A DNA stretch of 64,000 bases from Octopus sinensis. Taxonomy: Eukaryota. The stretch covers positions 97,712,001 to 97,776,000 of the forward strand of contig NC_043000.1 of the NCBI RefSeq assembly GCF_006345805.1, in the 5' to 3' direction. Position numbers and translations under genes: made by a program. The notes beneath the pieces are model-generated. The model searched no databases. It was not told the DNA's origin and worked only from the letters and a program-made list of their open reading frames with translations. Positions within the stretch are counted from its first letter, which is position 1; the number at the start of each line of letters is the position of its first letter. Shown piece by piece: positions 28,527 through 41,799 of this stretch.

Positions 28527-28845
28527 AGGCGCAGGAGTGGCTGTGTGGTAAGTAGCTTGCTAACCAACCACATGGTTCCGGGTTCAGACCCACTGCGTGG
28601 CATCTTGGGCAAGTGTCTTCTGCTATAGCCCAGGGCCGACCAATGCCTTGTAAGTGGATTTGGTAGACGGAAACTGAAAGAAGCCTGTCGTATATATATA
28701 TATGTATGTGTGTGTGTTTGTGTGTCTGTGTTTGCCCCCTAGCATTGCTTGACAACTGATGCTGGTGTGTTTACATCCCCGTCACTTAGCGGTGCTCCAG
28801 CATGGCTGCAGTCAAATGACTGGAACAAGTAAAAGAGTAAAAGAG
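28527..28845 (+). mobile_element. tRNA-derived SINE, best-preserved copy in the window
   Basis: A-box-like tggctgtgtgg (28538-28548), B-box-like ggttcagacc (28581-28590), central (TA)n/(TG)n linker and (gtaaaaga)2 tail. Confidence 0.85.
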
Positions 28846-30639
28846 CTACATATAAAGGTTCATTGAATGTAAGCAGCACAATCAATTCACAAGGACAGCA
28901 GGGAGTATATATACAAAGATATGCTCTGTTACAATTAATCTAAATTACCATACTTGTACTCATCACTCAGAAGTTTGTTATTACATCACAATGGCAACTA
29001 TCCATCAGATAGTTAAGATAAACACACTTCTTAATTAGAGGTGCACTAAATTAATTAGATAATTATTATTATATGGTTAATTCTAAAAACAAACACCCAT
29101 TCCTAGACAAATTATGATTTAAATAACTTTCTCTTCAAATACAAGTAAATCAGAAATCTTTCTCTACAGGGAACATATTTGCCCGTTCATCATTATTATT
29201 AATAATAATAATATAATAAAGGCACAAGCATACATTTTGGAAGAAAGTAGAGATGATTTTACTGACCTCAGTACTTGACTTTCATTGACCTCAGTGGCAC
29301 AAAAGGAAAAGCTGATCCTAACAGGGTTTGATTTCAAAATATATGGGAACATAACTGGATATTGTTGGTATTAAGTCCAGCGCCCTACTTATCTGATCAA
29401 TTAAGATGTACTTCATCAAAAGGCCACAAAGTGCAGAGTTAACTGAATCAATCTCAGTGTATGACAAGTAATTATTTTATGGATTCTTGTGAATGTAATG
29501 GTAAAGACGACCCAAGCAAGATCTGAATCTCAGAAAATTAAAGGATATAACCAAATAGCACAAGTTCTGATTTTCTTGACTGGAGAAAATGTTTAGCTGA
29601 TTTAAGCAAGTATATTAGTTTAGTGATCCTCAATGCATAAAATGTGAATTTGAGAATGCTGAGATTTGAACTCAGAACCAAGAGGGAAGAAACTTGATGC
29701 TGTAAGTTATTCAGTTCAGCACAACAAATAATAATGATGATGACAGATGATTATCAGTTTTGAGTCTGGGACAAAAAACAAAAAGCAAAGACTTGAGATT
29801 TTTAGTCTAACATTATTAACTGAAAATTGAAACTGTTGTAGACTGCATGGAGCATACCATTTATTTTATTTTTGTACCAGACACTATGAAAATATATTCT
29901 CATTTGCTACAGAGCCAAAAAGAAAACAAAACAAAACACATTACAATACAATACAAACAAGTACACCATGTGTCAAATGTACTGTCTGCATATTTATTAT
30001 TTTAAATGACTTTTTGACGAGCAGTGTTAAAAGAATCCAAGAATGGAAATAAAAAGCAGTTCTGTTCATGTTTTTCCACCAAAAAATAGAAGTGGGGAGA
30101 GGCAGAGTGAACATAGAAACTTATCTAGCAGATAATACCAATAACAATAACTGCCCTCATTGGCCCGACATAAATTTATTGGGGAGAGGTAAACAACAAC
30201 AATAGAATGCATACATATATTATATGAGTTTTTGTATATTTTGTGATACAAAAAACTTAAAAAGTGATCAGTGAACTCTTGTCAGTAGAGTTGCTGCCAC
30301 ATACAAGGTAAACAGAATTGCTTATTTGAAGCATGGGTTTTATTCAATTACACCTTTACTCAACTGTACAAACTGAAAAAACCCACTTATGTGTATAATT
30401 GATCAACAAGCAGATTGAATAAAATGTTGTTATTCGGCCAGTTTAAATACTAAAGGGTTAAAAAGAAGCCAACATAAAGGACTGAAAGTCATCTGAATAT
30501 TGGAAAAGATAATTTGTGCCAGGTATCAAAATGCCAACATCAGAACTACTGTTCAATGCTCTGTGAACATTGTAAAGGCATAACATGGACAGTTGCAATA
30601 GGGACTACAAGTTGCAATAGGGACTACAAAGCTGTGGTC

Positions 30640-31045
30640 AGCAAGAAGGGACACATCAGGGGTTCTGACTGCATCAGCATGCCAGGGCCTTAGGCTCAAT
30701 TCAGACAGCTATGTGAAGCTGCTGGAAGGCCATGTGTGGCAGTAGGATTCATCTTCTTGTCTTGCTTCCAGAAAGAGTCAAGGGTGATTGTTGGAGAATT
30801 TCTATGATATCAGCAGCTCCAATTTCTGGTCTTCTTATCCTCCAATTGTAATCTCATGGATTACTAGGTGTGGAGAGCGGTTTAGAATGATTCAACCCCT
30901 CTACCTGCAACACCAAGGCTGAGCTGGTGGCCACAGTCAAAAAGGCGTTTGAAGATCTTTACAGGGACACAGAAAGGAACACTTTTGCCAGGTTCTGAGG
31001 CATCTTGAAGCTGAGGTGGAAGCAAAGAGTGGCTACTTTGAGTAA
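30640..31045 (+). mobile_element. Decayed Tc1/mariner-superfamily (maT/DD37D-like) transposase C-terminal remnant
   Basis: Frameshifted translation NFW..PNCNLMDY*VW...CNTKAELVATVKKAFEDL...HLEAEVEAKSGYFE*, resembling the WPPSSPDCNPMDYxVW motif and the Tc1-like C-terminus. Confidence 0.65.
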
Positions 31046-33536
31046 AATATTACCTCCCAGCCTTAATCAAGTTGATATTTTTTTGATGGGATAATGTGTT
31101 TACTTTTACTTTCATGCAAACTGTCAAATTTAGCTGAATACTGTGTATAATATTGTTTATCTTACACATACTTTTTTTTTTATTAGGAGTTGGTTAACTA
31201 AAAAAAAAAAACCTATATTGCTAATACTAAAATATATCATTGACTAACAGACACATTTTATGAAGTGGCAAGGTAAACTCTCAGAAACATAGAATCAACA
31301 AAACGAAAAAAACATTATTCATAAGAGAAACATGATGGTAGTTTTGCCATACTCAAGATAGCTCAAGAAAATAACTCATTTTCATAAAGGAATAAAAATG
31401 GAAAAGTAACATCCACCCTTCCATGTCTGAAGAAATATTCCAAAGTGCTGCCAGAACTCAAGCAGTGCTGTCTAGTAAATAATAGAGTAATTTTCAGTTA
31501 CTTTCTCCAAGTACACATGAAGCTTAACTTTTAACATTTCAAGGAATGGGAATTGTGGTGTTTATTTCAGCAGGATTGTGTGAGGAGAGAATGAAACAGT
31601 TAAAGAGAAAGAAAAAAGTGCAGGTGTACCACTGAGGAAAAGTTTTCCATCCTGTAGGTGCATATGTTTATGTTAACCCTTTAAGATGCAGATTACTCAG
31701 TCAAATTAAAACCCAATTACAAATAAATATGTAATAGGCAAGAAAAAATAATGTTACAATAACTGGTATTTTATTAAAAAATTCTGGACCTACTTTTCTG
31801 TCTCCTTTACCAAAATAACTTTTTTTATTGCTTACCAAATTAACAGTTAATGAATTACGAAATAAATATAGCAGAAATACATATTTGTTGGTATGGTTTA
31901 GCATTCAGATTATCCTGTTAAATATAATGCTTATTTATTTACATTGTTTTAAATTAATCATGCATTATCACATAGCTTCGGGATTTTGATGTGATTCTTT
32001 ATTTTTAGAATGACATTGCAGGGTAAGCATGAGGCTGGATCTGGCTGGTTTAAATACTAACGGGGTAAAGTGAATACATTCTTAATTATGTGTACACATA
32101 CAATAATGTATGTACATGTATAAAATAAATTGATACAAATGTGGAATTTTGAGAAATGATTACTAAATGTAATAGTTAACATGCACTATCTCAGGGGTGG
32201 GGAGGGGAACTAAATTTTTATCCAACAAAAACAAATGCTTTACGATCTCTATATTATAAATCTGATGTCAAGTCCCTTAATAGATGTTTTAGTAGTTCAT
32301 TAAAAAAAGTTTTCTGGAAGGTGGTGGTGTTGGAGAAATCTGTGAAACCAGCTTCATAACTAATAATAACTGACAGCTTGTCGTTTCACATAATAACATC
32401 GTTATCTCTACTACATAACATTATCCTGATATGTGGTAACAATAACAATAATAATAATAATCATTACGACTAACATCAGCAGCATGAACATCTCCACCAC
32501 TATTATCAGGAAGATTGGTTTTCAGATCTGTTTCTTCCATGTTGGCATGGGTTAGACAGATCTTAAATTCAATACTTTCTTATGCATATCAAATTTGAAG
32601 ACTATTTTTATGAGGATGTCCCAGTTTATCATCTAATAATAGCATGATGCTATTACTGTCAGCCGTCAAAATATAGACACCGTAGAAGTTATCTTCTAGA
32701 CATAAAACCTTATCTACCTGATAACATATGTGAGTTTCTTTTGACTAGACACCAAGAACTACATTTTTTAGGAACAAGATATAATCAATTAGACTGAACC
32801 AGCATATTACTGGTACAAATTATTACTAACTGCAGAAGAAAGCAGGACATAGCAGTACTAGAGAAAAACATCATCATCATTTAACGTCTGTTTTCCATGC
32901 TGACATGGGTTGGATGGTTTGATAGGGAGCTGGCTAGCAGGGAGCTGTCCAGACCCCAACTGTCTGTTGTGGCATGGTTTCTATGACTGGATGCCCTTTC
33001 TAATGCCAACCACTTAACAGTGAGCTGGGTGCTTTTCATGTGCCACTGATGTGGAATGATAAATGGCAACATTAATTCATAGAACACTATGGGGCAAAGT
33101 AAAACAGGACCAGGAATGATTTGAACACAAAAGTATAGAGATCTCTCAACTTAATAAAAAGCAAAATTTACTTATATAAATTAAATATTAACATTCATAT
33201 AATAATGAGTTTTTAGTCAAATATATGAATTTAAATTTTAACATCTTTAAACGATTGATTTCATGCAGGTTCCTGTGTTAAGCATGGGTTAAAGTGAATA
33301 CATTCTTGATTATGTGAACACACATACAAGAATGTATATACATGCAAAAAATAAATTTGTACAAATGTGGAATTTTGAGAAATGATTACTAAATGTAATA
33401 ATAGTTAGCATGCACTATCTCAGGAGTGGGGGAGGGGAACTATAACTTTTTCTCCAACAAAAACAAATGCTTTATGATCCCTATATTATTTATAAATTTG
33501 ATATCAAGTCCCTGGATAGATGTTTTAGTAGTTCAT

Positions 33537-34380
33537 CATCATCATCATCATCATTTAGCGTCCGTTTTCCATGCTAGCATGGGTTGGACGGTTCTACTGG
33601 GGTCTGTGAAGCCAGAAGGCTTCATCAGGCCCAGTCAAATCTGGCAGTGTTTCTACGGCTGGATGCCCTTCCTAACGCCAACCACTCCGTGAGTGTAGTG
33701 GGTGCTTTTTACGTGCCACCCGCACTGGTGCCAGACAGAGCTGGCAAACGGCCACGAACGGATGGTGCTTTTTATGTGCCACCGGCACGAGGGCCAGGCG
33801 AGGCTGGCAACGGACACGAAACGGGGCGGTGCTGGCAACGGTCGCGAAACGGAAAGTTCTCTTACATGCCACCGGCACTGGTAACACATCTGCAATTTCC
33901 ATTGATCGATTTCGATTCTGATCCTCACTTGCCTCAATGGGTCTTCACAAGCAGAGTTTCGACATGCCACCGGCACTGGTAGCACATCCGCAATTTCCAT
34001 TGATCGATTTCGATTCTGATCCTCACTTGCCTCAACACGTCTTCACAAGTAGAGTTTTGTGTCCCAAGAAGGGAAGGTATGCATACGTAGGCTGGCTCCA
34101 TCCCATGTAGAAGGCCACGGGTTGTGGACTCACTTGTCCTGCCGGGTCTTCTCGCGCACAGCACACTTCCAGAGGTCTCGGTCTCTAGTCATTTCCTCAG
34201 TGAGACCTAAAGTTCGAAGGTCGTGCTTCACCACCTCGTCCCAGGTTTTCCTGGGTCTGCCTCTTCCACAGGTTCCCTCAACCGCTAGGGTGTGGCACTT
34301 TTTCACACAACTATCTTCATCCATTCTCGCCACATGACCATACCAGCGCAAACGTCTCTCTTGCACACCACAACTGATGC
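33537..34380 (-). mobile_element. 5'-truncated RTE-clade LINE with (TGA)n tail
   Basis: ORF 34130-34366 (QERRLRWYGHVARMDEDSCVKK...GRGRPRKTWDEVVKHDL...DRDLWKCAV) is the typical RTE reverse transcriptase C-terminus. (CAT)n tail at about 33534-33553; ttcat TSD at 33532-33536 and 34381-34385; CpGs retained. Confidence 0.92.
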
Positions 34381-34436
34381 TTCATTAAAAAGTTTTCTGG
34401 AAGGTGGTGGCGTTGGAGAAATCTGTCATAGACAAC

Positions 34437-34762
34437 AAAGGAGCCTACATTGTGGTTGCTTGTTCTACTAGTATTAACAATCAATTCTCCCTCAAATCAT
34501 ACCTATAATCTTTAAAGGACACATTAAATAATGTAATAGTATTGGATACAGAATAACTAAAAAGAAAAGATGGGATGATTACTGCTGAAAGGTCTTTGTA
34601 AAGGAGCCTGCATTGTGGTTGCTTGTTCTACTAGTAATAACAATCAATTCTCCCTCAAATCACACCTACAATCTTTAAAGGACACATTAAATAATGTAAT
34701 AGTATTGGATACAGTATGACTAAAAAGAAAAGATGGGATGATTACTGCTGAAAGGTCTTTGT
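34437..34762. repeat. Tandem duplication, 163-bp unit x2
   Basis: aaaggagcct(a/g)cattgtggttgc...gaaaggtctttgt starts at 34437 and again at 34600 with few differences. Confidence 0.92.
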
Positions 34763-37700
34763 AAGTGTTCAACCAGAGCTGATCTGTAGTTAAATAAATG
34801 TAGGATGTTATAGCAGATCATAATAACAATAAAAGTGTTATTAATATGTTACAATTACACTGTATATTGTAGCAGTGTGTTATGGTGTGAACAGAAGGTA
34901 GAACAAAGAAATAAGCTTTATGAGAGACAGAAAGATAGCAGGCAGATCATTTTGAAAGATGGTCAGTACTTTTAGGACAGTTAATGTTTCACTTATGAGT
35001 ATTCATACCACTATGGAAGTATATAGCCATTTCGTAATGTATGTACAGTATGTATTTGCTTCATGTGTGTTGTGATTGCATACAATAGTGGGGTTTACAG
35101 AAGTGCATCCACTTATAGTATCATGAATGTGCACAATATACAGTTGTGGCTGTGTGGTAAGAATTATTATTTTTTTTTTTTTACCTAGGTACATGTACAG
35201 AGTGGTTGAATAAATAAGCTGTCATAGTGATGGCTAACTGAGTTGTTGGTGATTCTCTTTTAAATGCCTAATTCTAAGGACTTGGCAATACTGGTTTCAG
35301 ATAATGCAATCAAAATGATAAATGCCAAATGTGATAAGCATCAAAAATTAAATTCTGGTCAGTTAGTCACTTACTCCTTCTAAATGGATGTCCATCAGTT
35401 TTGACAAGGAGTATTCCAGTTATTCAATCAACTGAACTATCTCACTCATTGAATTAATGTTGGCTGAGTATTCCAGATGCTTGCATCCTTAATGTAATAC
35501 TCCGCCAGAATTAGTGTGACAAAGGTAGCTTTTTGAATTACAATGAAAGAAAGCAATGGTGATGATGGCTATTATTAGAAGAAGATGATAGATAAATAAT
35601 GTAGTGTTAATCAAGATTATTTCAGTAAACCCAGTCAGTTAGTGACCTAAGTAGCCATTCCATTCATCAAGGGGACAATCTGAAGCTATGTGAGAAGACT
35701 TGTTTATGATGCTACACAATGGTATCAAACTCTGGTCCCCAATGACTGTGAAATAAACTTCTTAACCATGCAAACATGTTTGCATCTATACTCACTCCTT
35801 GTAATTTGCTGTGCGGTCAGTCAGCAGAGCAAGCAGATGCTATCACAGTCCACTCCAACAAACTAGCACAAAACCAAGAAGGGAAGATTAATGCATAGGC
35901 AAATAAGTAATTAGCAGAGAAGGAAAATATAATGGGAAAATTTGACTGTGGGTGTTGTTGCTACCTTCTACAGTTACTGGGGGGGGGGACATTTTACTAA
36001 GCAATAGAGGGGGGAAACAAAGATTCCCTTTAAGGAGAGAGAACTGCTTCAAGGTTTATAATTTATTATTATGAGGTCTCTTTCTTATGAGTGAGAGAGC
36101 ATATGAAATAACGTTTCCATATAATACATTTTCTCTTCTCTTTTTAAGTGACCTAGTAGTTGTGCTAAACAAACACAAACACAGAATATTAAGCAACATG
36201 AAACAGCATCAAAGAAAGAAAAGCCAACTAGAATTATGCCACAGGAATATATATGAACCAAAATGGTGCTTCTATGTGGTCTGTGGTCATATGACTTATT
36301 TCAAATTAGCAGCCAGGTTTCCCTCAAATCACACCTTAATAAAAATCAGTGGGATACATTGTTGAATGTAATCCTACATATACTGCCTCAAAATATAATA
36401 TAATGCTCACAACAAGACTACCTATGATCGAAGGTCTACTTAGTTGGGATTTACCAGGGCTAAAGAACAACTACCACATATGGTTAGGCAATATATAACA
36501 AACAGACTACTTAAAACTGCATATAATTTGAGTTTTTATCAATATTATTCTTTGAAAGAAGCATACATGTACATACACATGCAAACACACCATATGGATA
36601 CATCTGATACTTACAGCAAGTTATACCAGAATAGTAACACTATACTGTAATGGACTTAACAGATTACACTTCTTATTATATCAATAGCATGTGTTGTGCA
36701 TCACCCACAACCAGCCAATAAACCAGATACTCATGAAAATCAATTGAACTAGCTAGCAACTACTGAATTATATATATATTTTTTCATGTATTTTTCTTTT
36801 CAGTACTGAGTTTTATCTTTTAAATTAAAATTTATCTGTGATGAATAGGAAGAGAGAAAGATATTGCACACGAAATATAAAAGGAGAAAAAAAAAAAAAA
36901 AGAAAACCTAATAAAAGTTTTTAGGATATATTTCAATAAGATGAAAAACCTGAAAATATTTTAGTCATTCAAGCTTGCTTTATTATTGATATTTTATGTG
37001 ATATTCTTTTGGCAAACAAAGAAAATATTTCATATTATAATAATAATAATAATTATATATTATTAATATATCATTATTATCACCTCAAGTTGGTGGAATG
37101 GCAGGAAAAATAATAGAACAATAGATTAAACAGCCGAGTGTGTGTGCCCGCACAAGCGAGCAATGCATTTTCCTATAAAATTAAATTAATACACAATGTC
37201 TTAACTTGCACCTAAAAACTATTAAATAACCTAAACCAGTACAATCCAAAAATGTATGAAATAAACTAATTGAGAATCTCTGACAGTTCCAGAATCAAAT
37301 GTTTAACTTTGTAACTTATACAAAAACGCAAGTCAACAGATAAACACTATGAACAAATTTCAGAATGCCACATTAAAACATATAAAGAACCATATATACA
37401 AAAACATTGTACTCAAACAATCAGATAATGTTAGAGACATAAACAACTAAGGAATAAAGTCAACAAAACTGGGAATTCCCTCTTCAGCAGCCTAATGGAT
37501 ATCAGTTCAATTTCAACACCTACAGGCAAGATCACCACTTCTGTTGTCAGCTGTAAAACATGATCCAACACTGCCTGGGAATATACAATCCAAACAGTTT
37601 GCACCCAGATCATAATTACAAGCTTAACTACCTGTAACCCAGTTACATTGCAACACAAAATTCAATTAAATACATTACAAAAACCAATAATTACCCAATC

Positions 37701-37890
37701 AACACTAAACACCTACAATGATAAACCAAAAAATGTATAATACAGATAAATTAAACTAATCAACACAGATAACCACAGACACTGCCATATATGAACAATA
37801 ATCAGAAACAAATTGCTAGAACCAACAAATAGCATATATTAACAAACTTCACATTTAATGTCCAAATACACACGTGTAAGTATGTATGTA

Positions 37891-37922
<32 letters not shown>

Positions 37923-38594
37923 CTGTATAAAAATATAATTTGTGGATGTGTGTGTATACACAAATCAGTAATTTTCTTTTCTGTGCAGATATGGATTAGA
38001 CTAGTGTTTTTGAGATGGTATATAGTCTTCCTGTTACCAATCCTTATCCTTGAAGTAAAATATTTTTTATTCCACTGGTCTTTAAATGAAATTAACTAAC
38101 CAGGTACACTGTTGCCAAGAGATATAAAAATGTACCATTCTCTTACTTGAAAAACAAGGACTGGCAACCAACAATGTCCAGCCATAGAATACTGCCTCAG
38201 TAATTCATTTAATCCATGAGAAAAGCAGGTGAAAGAAAACAATATACACACACATATCATAATATTACTGGCCTTTTCTCAATTTTGATTGCCCACTCAC
38301 CAGTTTGATTCAACAAGGAAACTGCTATATGGTGACTTGACTTGCTAGAAACAGCAACCAACAACTACTTCATATCACTACACTCTTATAAAAAATAAAT
38401 ACATTAAATAATGAAATCCTGCATGTGAACAAAAGACCAAGGTGGTCCCAGTTGTAACATCTTTGATCTGCTTATTTAGTCTACAATATATATGATATAC
38501 ATGTCGCTATGGGCAAATCTATAAAAAAAAAAATCAAAGGTTCAGATTAGGTAATTAGGTGAGAATAGTGGAATAAGAACTTTGTAGTTGCTGT

Positions 38595-38821
38595 TTAGCT
38601 CTTTGGCATTGAGATTATTCCGTCAAATGTTCTGCTTATTTATTCACATTGTTTTGAATTAATCATGTATTAACTCATAGCTTTGAGATTTCAATGGCGT
38701 GATTGTTTAGTATTAGAATGACATTGTCAGATAAGTGTGAGAGGCTGGATCAAGTTGGTTTGAACATAAAACAGCTAGAATATTGGGCCTGATATGGTCT
38801 GCTTTAATGCTAAAGGGTTAA
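38595..38821. mobile_element. TTAA-flanked MITE, second near-complete copy
   Basis: ttagctctttggcattgagatt ... gctttaatgctaaagggttaa; internal sequence is the reverse complement of the 27880 copy. Confidence 0.7.
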
Positions 38822-39819
38822 CCCCCAGTAGAATAGCCCTAATCAAGCAGGCTAAACAACCAAATGCGTTCCAACCATGACTATTCCATAGTCCATCTCA
38901 AACTTATTTTCTGTTCCCTTACATCATTCAGTTTACTCTTTAAGATGGGCAGGAGATATTTATTAGAGGATCTATATGGAGCTTCCCTTGCAAAATAGGA
39001 CAAAACCAAGTAATAATAATGAATATATTTTGAGAAGATTAAAACAAATAAACACTACATTTCACCAATATTATTTTAGTAATCCTGATCAGCTTGCAAC
39101 TTCAGTAGCTATTTCTCAAGAGGTCACAGTTCTGCCAATTAACCTCAAAAATGGTTTATTACAAGTGAAGATGCACAAGAAAGTTATGATTGTGAGATGT
39201 GTAAAGGTAATTCCAGAAATAATTCTTTCTACTATAGGCAAAAGGCTTCAAATTTGGGGGAGGGGGATAGTCAATTATACCAATTCCAGTACTCAACTAG
39301 TACTCATTTTATTGACCCTGAAAGGACGAAATAATGAGAAAGAGCCGAGTACACCTTTCTCTGGGCTTATCTGGCTCTATATTTCTGGAATTATTTGGAC
39401 AAATAGACAGAGAGAAAATAATATGTATTATGCTTTCTCTCTCTCTCTCTCACACACACATACATACATACACACAAACATAAGCATGCATAGAACAAGA
39501 TAGGTATAGTGGATGCTAAGGAGTTCGATTGTTTAGATTTGTAAAGAGAAAGGTGGGTAAAGCCAGTTATTAACTAGTAGTGTGTCAATAGCAGTCACAA
39601 GAGCTAGAGTATAACAATTAAGGAATAGCTATTACAATGTCAGAATGTAACTGTGGCTCATAGAAAAATTAAACTGATAGAAACAGAATAAGATAACACT
39701 GCTGACTAGCAACCAGAGAACATGAATAATGCAATAAGCCAACCAACAAGAAAGCCTGTCTGGTGGTTAACAAACCTGCTAAAATTAGATGCCAAATTAC
39801 CATCAACCAAATCACACAG

Positions 39820-39968
39820 CCTACTCTCTGAAAAGGGGATGGACATATTGGGATACATGGCCTCAGACTCATTATGCATGGAGAAAAAAAAAATGAATGG
39901 GATATCATGGCTGGAATGCCTTTACTTATTGTGTTTGATCAGAGTGGACCTGCGATTAAACAACAACA
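39820..39968 (+). mobile_element. Third interspersed repeat family (ctgctagaaatagcagccaaatctccctcaaatc...gatggtcatggctggaatgcc...gggctaaacaacaac)
   Basis: Decayed copies at about 8760-8940, 11155-11340, 16690-17090, 34437-34762, 36280-36450, 38325-38490, 49080-49460 and 62415-62540. Confidence 0.55.
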
Positions 39969-40723
39969 ATGAATGTAATACATTGCCATGCTTACACACA
40001 CACCCACACTATTTTCTGTTCATGCGACAGTTAATATGTGCCGATATTCTATGGACTAGTCTTCTATGAATAGAGGATTTGTTATAATTAATTCTTCCAA
40101 ATAAATTTGCTGCAAAATAATCAGTTCAAATGCAAAGTAGTTTTACTTCATCCAGGCCAGTATAACAAGTCCTAGTCAAACACTGAGTCAATTAAATTGA
40201 CTTACACCTACCCATAAAATTTGTGGCCTCATGCCATGTTATAATTGCTGCTATTGTACATATATTTTTACCATGCAGGTATGGGCGATGCTTTTACAAA
40301 TGTATTTACATACAGTTGGAGCGATCATTTCAACAGCTTACTACTTAACCCAAAAGAGAATGATTCTATCATCTGAAAAGGCTAAAGCAAAAAGAGTTAT
40401 AGTCCTTTTCTAGGAACTCAAAAATCTCTTGTAATAGTAAAGTCGCAATTCATGACTATGAGGTAGGTAGCCAAGCAATGCCATTATGATCCATTATAAT
40501 TAACCTTTATAAAGGCAAAAGAGCATAGCAATCTTATGCTAAAAAGATAGCAAAACAAAATCATTTCGAATTTGGAGTGGTTGGCATTAGGAAGGGCACC
40601 CAACTGTAGAAACTTTGCCAGATCAGATTGGAGCCCAGCGCAGCCTTCTGGCTTGCTAGCCCTCAGTCATACTGTCCAACCCATGCCAGCAATGGAAAGC
40701 AGGCGTTAAATGATGATGATATA

Positions 40724-41523
40724 TAAGATGCATTCAAGAGTTTTGAGGCTTTTGTAGGAGAGGTAGATATGAATGCCCTAGTTAATTGTAATTTGAATAT
40801 ATTATTGTGATGTATATTTGCCATTTAAATATGGTTAACCCCTAAGGGTGGATGCTACTGTAGTTTGTAGCCCCAGGAGGACACCTCCTCCAGCTGGCTA
40901 TAGACACACTTTCTGTGCCCTATCAGTATTTGCAAAGGGAAGCCATCCTTCCCATCTCCAACTTATGATACACACGGACTTGTGTATCATAAGTTGGAGA
41001 CGGGAAGGATGGCTTCCCTCTGCAAATACTGATAGGGCACAGAAAGTGTGTCTATATAGCCAGCTGGAGGTGTCCTCCCAGGGCTACAAACTACAGTAGC
41101 ATCCACCCTTAGGGGTTAGCCATATTTAAATGGCAAATATATGTCACGATGTGTTGCAGCTACTGTTTATAACTCGCTCTCAGATTTATTATTGAATATA
41201 TTATTACTATACATCTAACAAGCTAACCTACCAACTTTGTTAATTCCAGATTGGACAAGATGGCTGAAATTTTGAATGGCCCCTGCTTGTTTTGAAGTTG
41301 TTTTCAAAGCAACTGTTGTTTTGAAGATGAAGAAGGCCATGACAAGAGTCCTGGACACCTTCACTTTAAAGGACATCCATAAGGCTTTCACAAAGTGGCT
41401 GGAGTGAAAACAGTGCATTGAAGTCAGAGCATGTTACTTTGAAGGCAATTAGAGTTTAGTTGTTCTTTGCGATTAATAAATGTCTCTCCTGAAAAAGTCT
41501 GAAGAATTCTGGAATGCACCTTG
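40724..41523 (+). mobile_element. Mariner-derived deletion element hosting the palindromic insert
   Basis: 3' part encodes KKAMTRVLDTFTLKDIHKAFTKWLE*KQCIEVRACYFEGN* and ends gaattctggaatgcaccttg|TA. A degenerate matching 5' TIR is TA|taagatgcattcaagag at 40724. Confidence 0.55.
40804..41150. repeat. 347-bp palindrome / foldback element (arms about 170 bp, 6-nt loop)
   Basis: Manual alignment of 40804-40974 against the reverse complement of 40981-41150 shows 8 substitutions and two small indels (3 nt and 2 nt). Loop is cggact. Confidence 0.95.
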
Positions 41524-41799
41524 TATATACTGTATATAGTGCACCTTGTATGACATGGATTGCTTGCACATGTTGGATGGAATTTCTACAACCAGATGCT
41601 CTTCTTATCTACAACCTTCACCTGTTTTCAAGCAAGATAATATTCCCCATGATCAGATATGCTTTCATGGAAGATTGGAATTGAAGGACAGCACTTGCTT
41701 GACAGTGACATTTGTTTACAACTATCAGAAAAAGTCATGTTAAAGAGACAGCAACACAGGTGCATTTGTGTGTGAGTGTGTGTGTGATGGGCTTTACAC

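Noticed and set aside
28527-28600. Possible tRNA gene
   Set aside because: A/B boxes are present but there is no full cloverleaf; it is the head of a multi-copy SINE.
33426-34337. Cluster of overlapping GC-rich ORFs
   Set aside because: All lie within the RTE insertion; only the minus-strand 34130-34366 frame has protein homology.
36615-36763. Possible poison exon on the minus strand (aattcag|TA ... gct|gtaagt) giving V-V-A-S-stop
   Set aside because: No polypyrimidine tract before the AG, and such motifs are expected by chance in a 35-kb intron.
37100-37860. A/C-skewed region and ORF 37431..37658
   Set aside because: All frames are interrupted and no domain is recognisable; probably a decayed retroelement.
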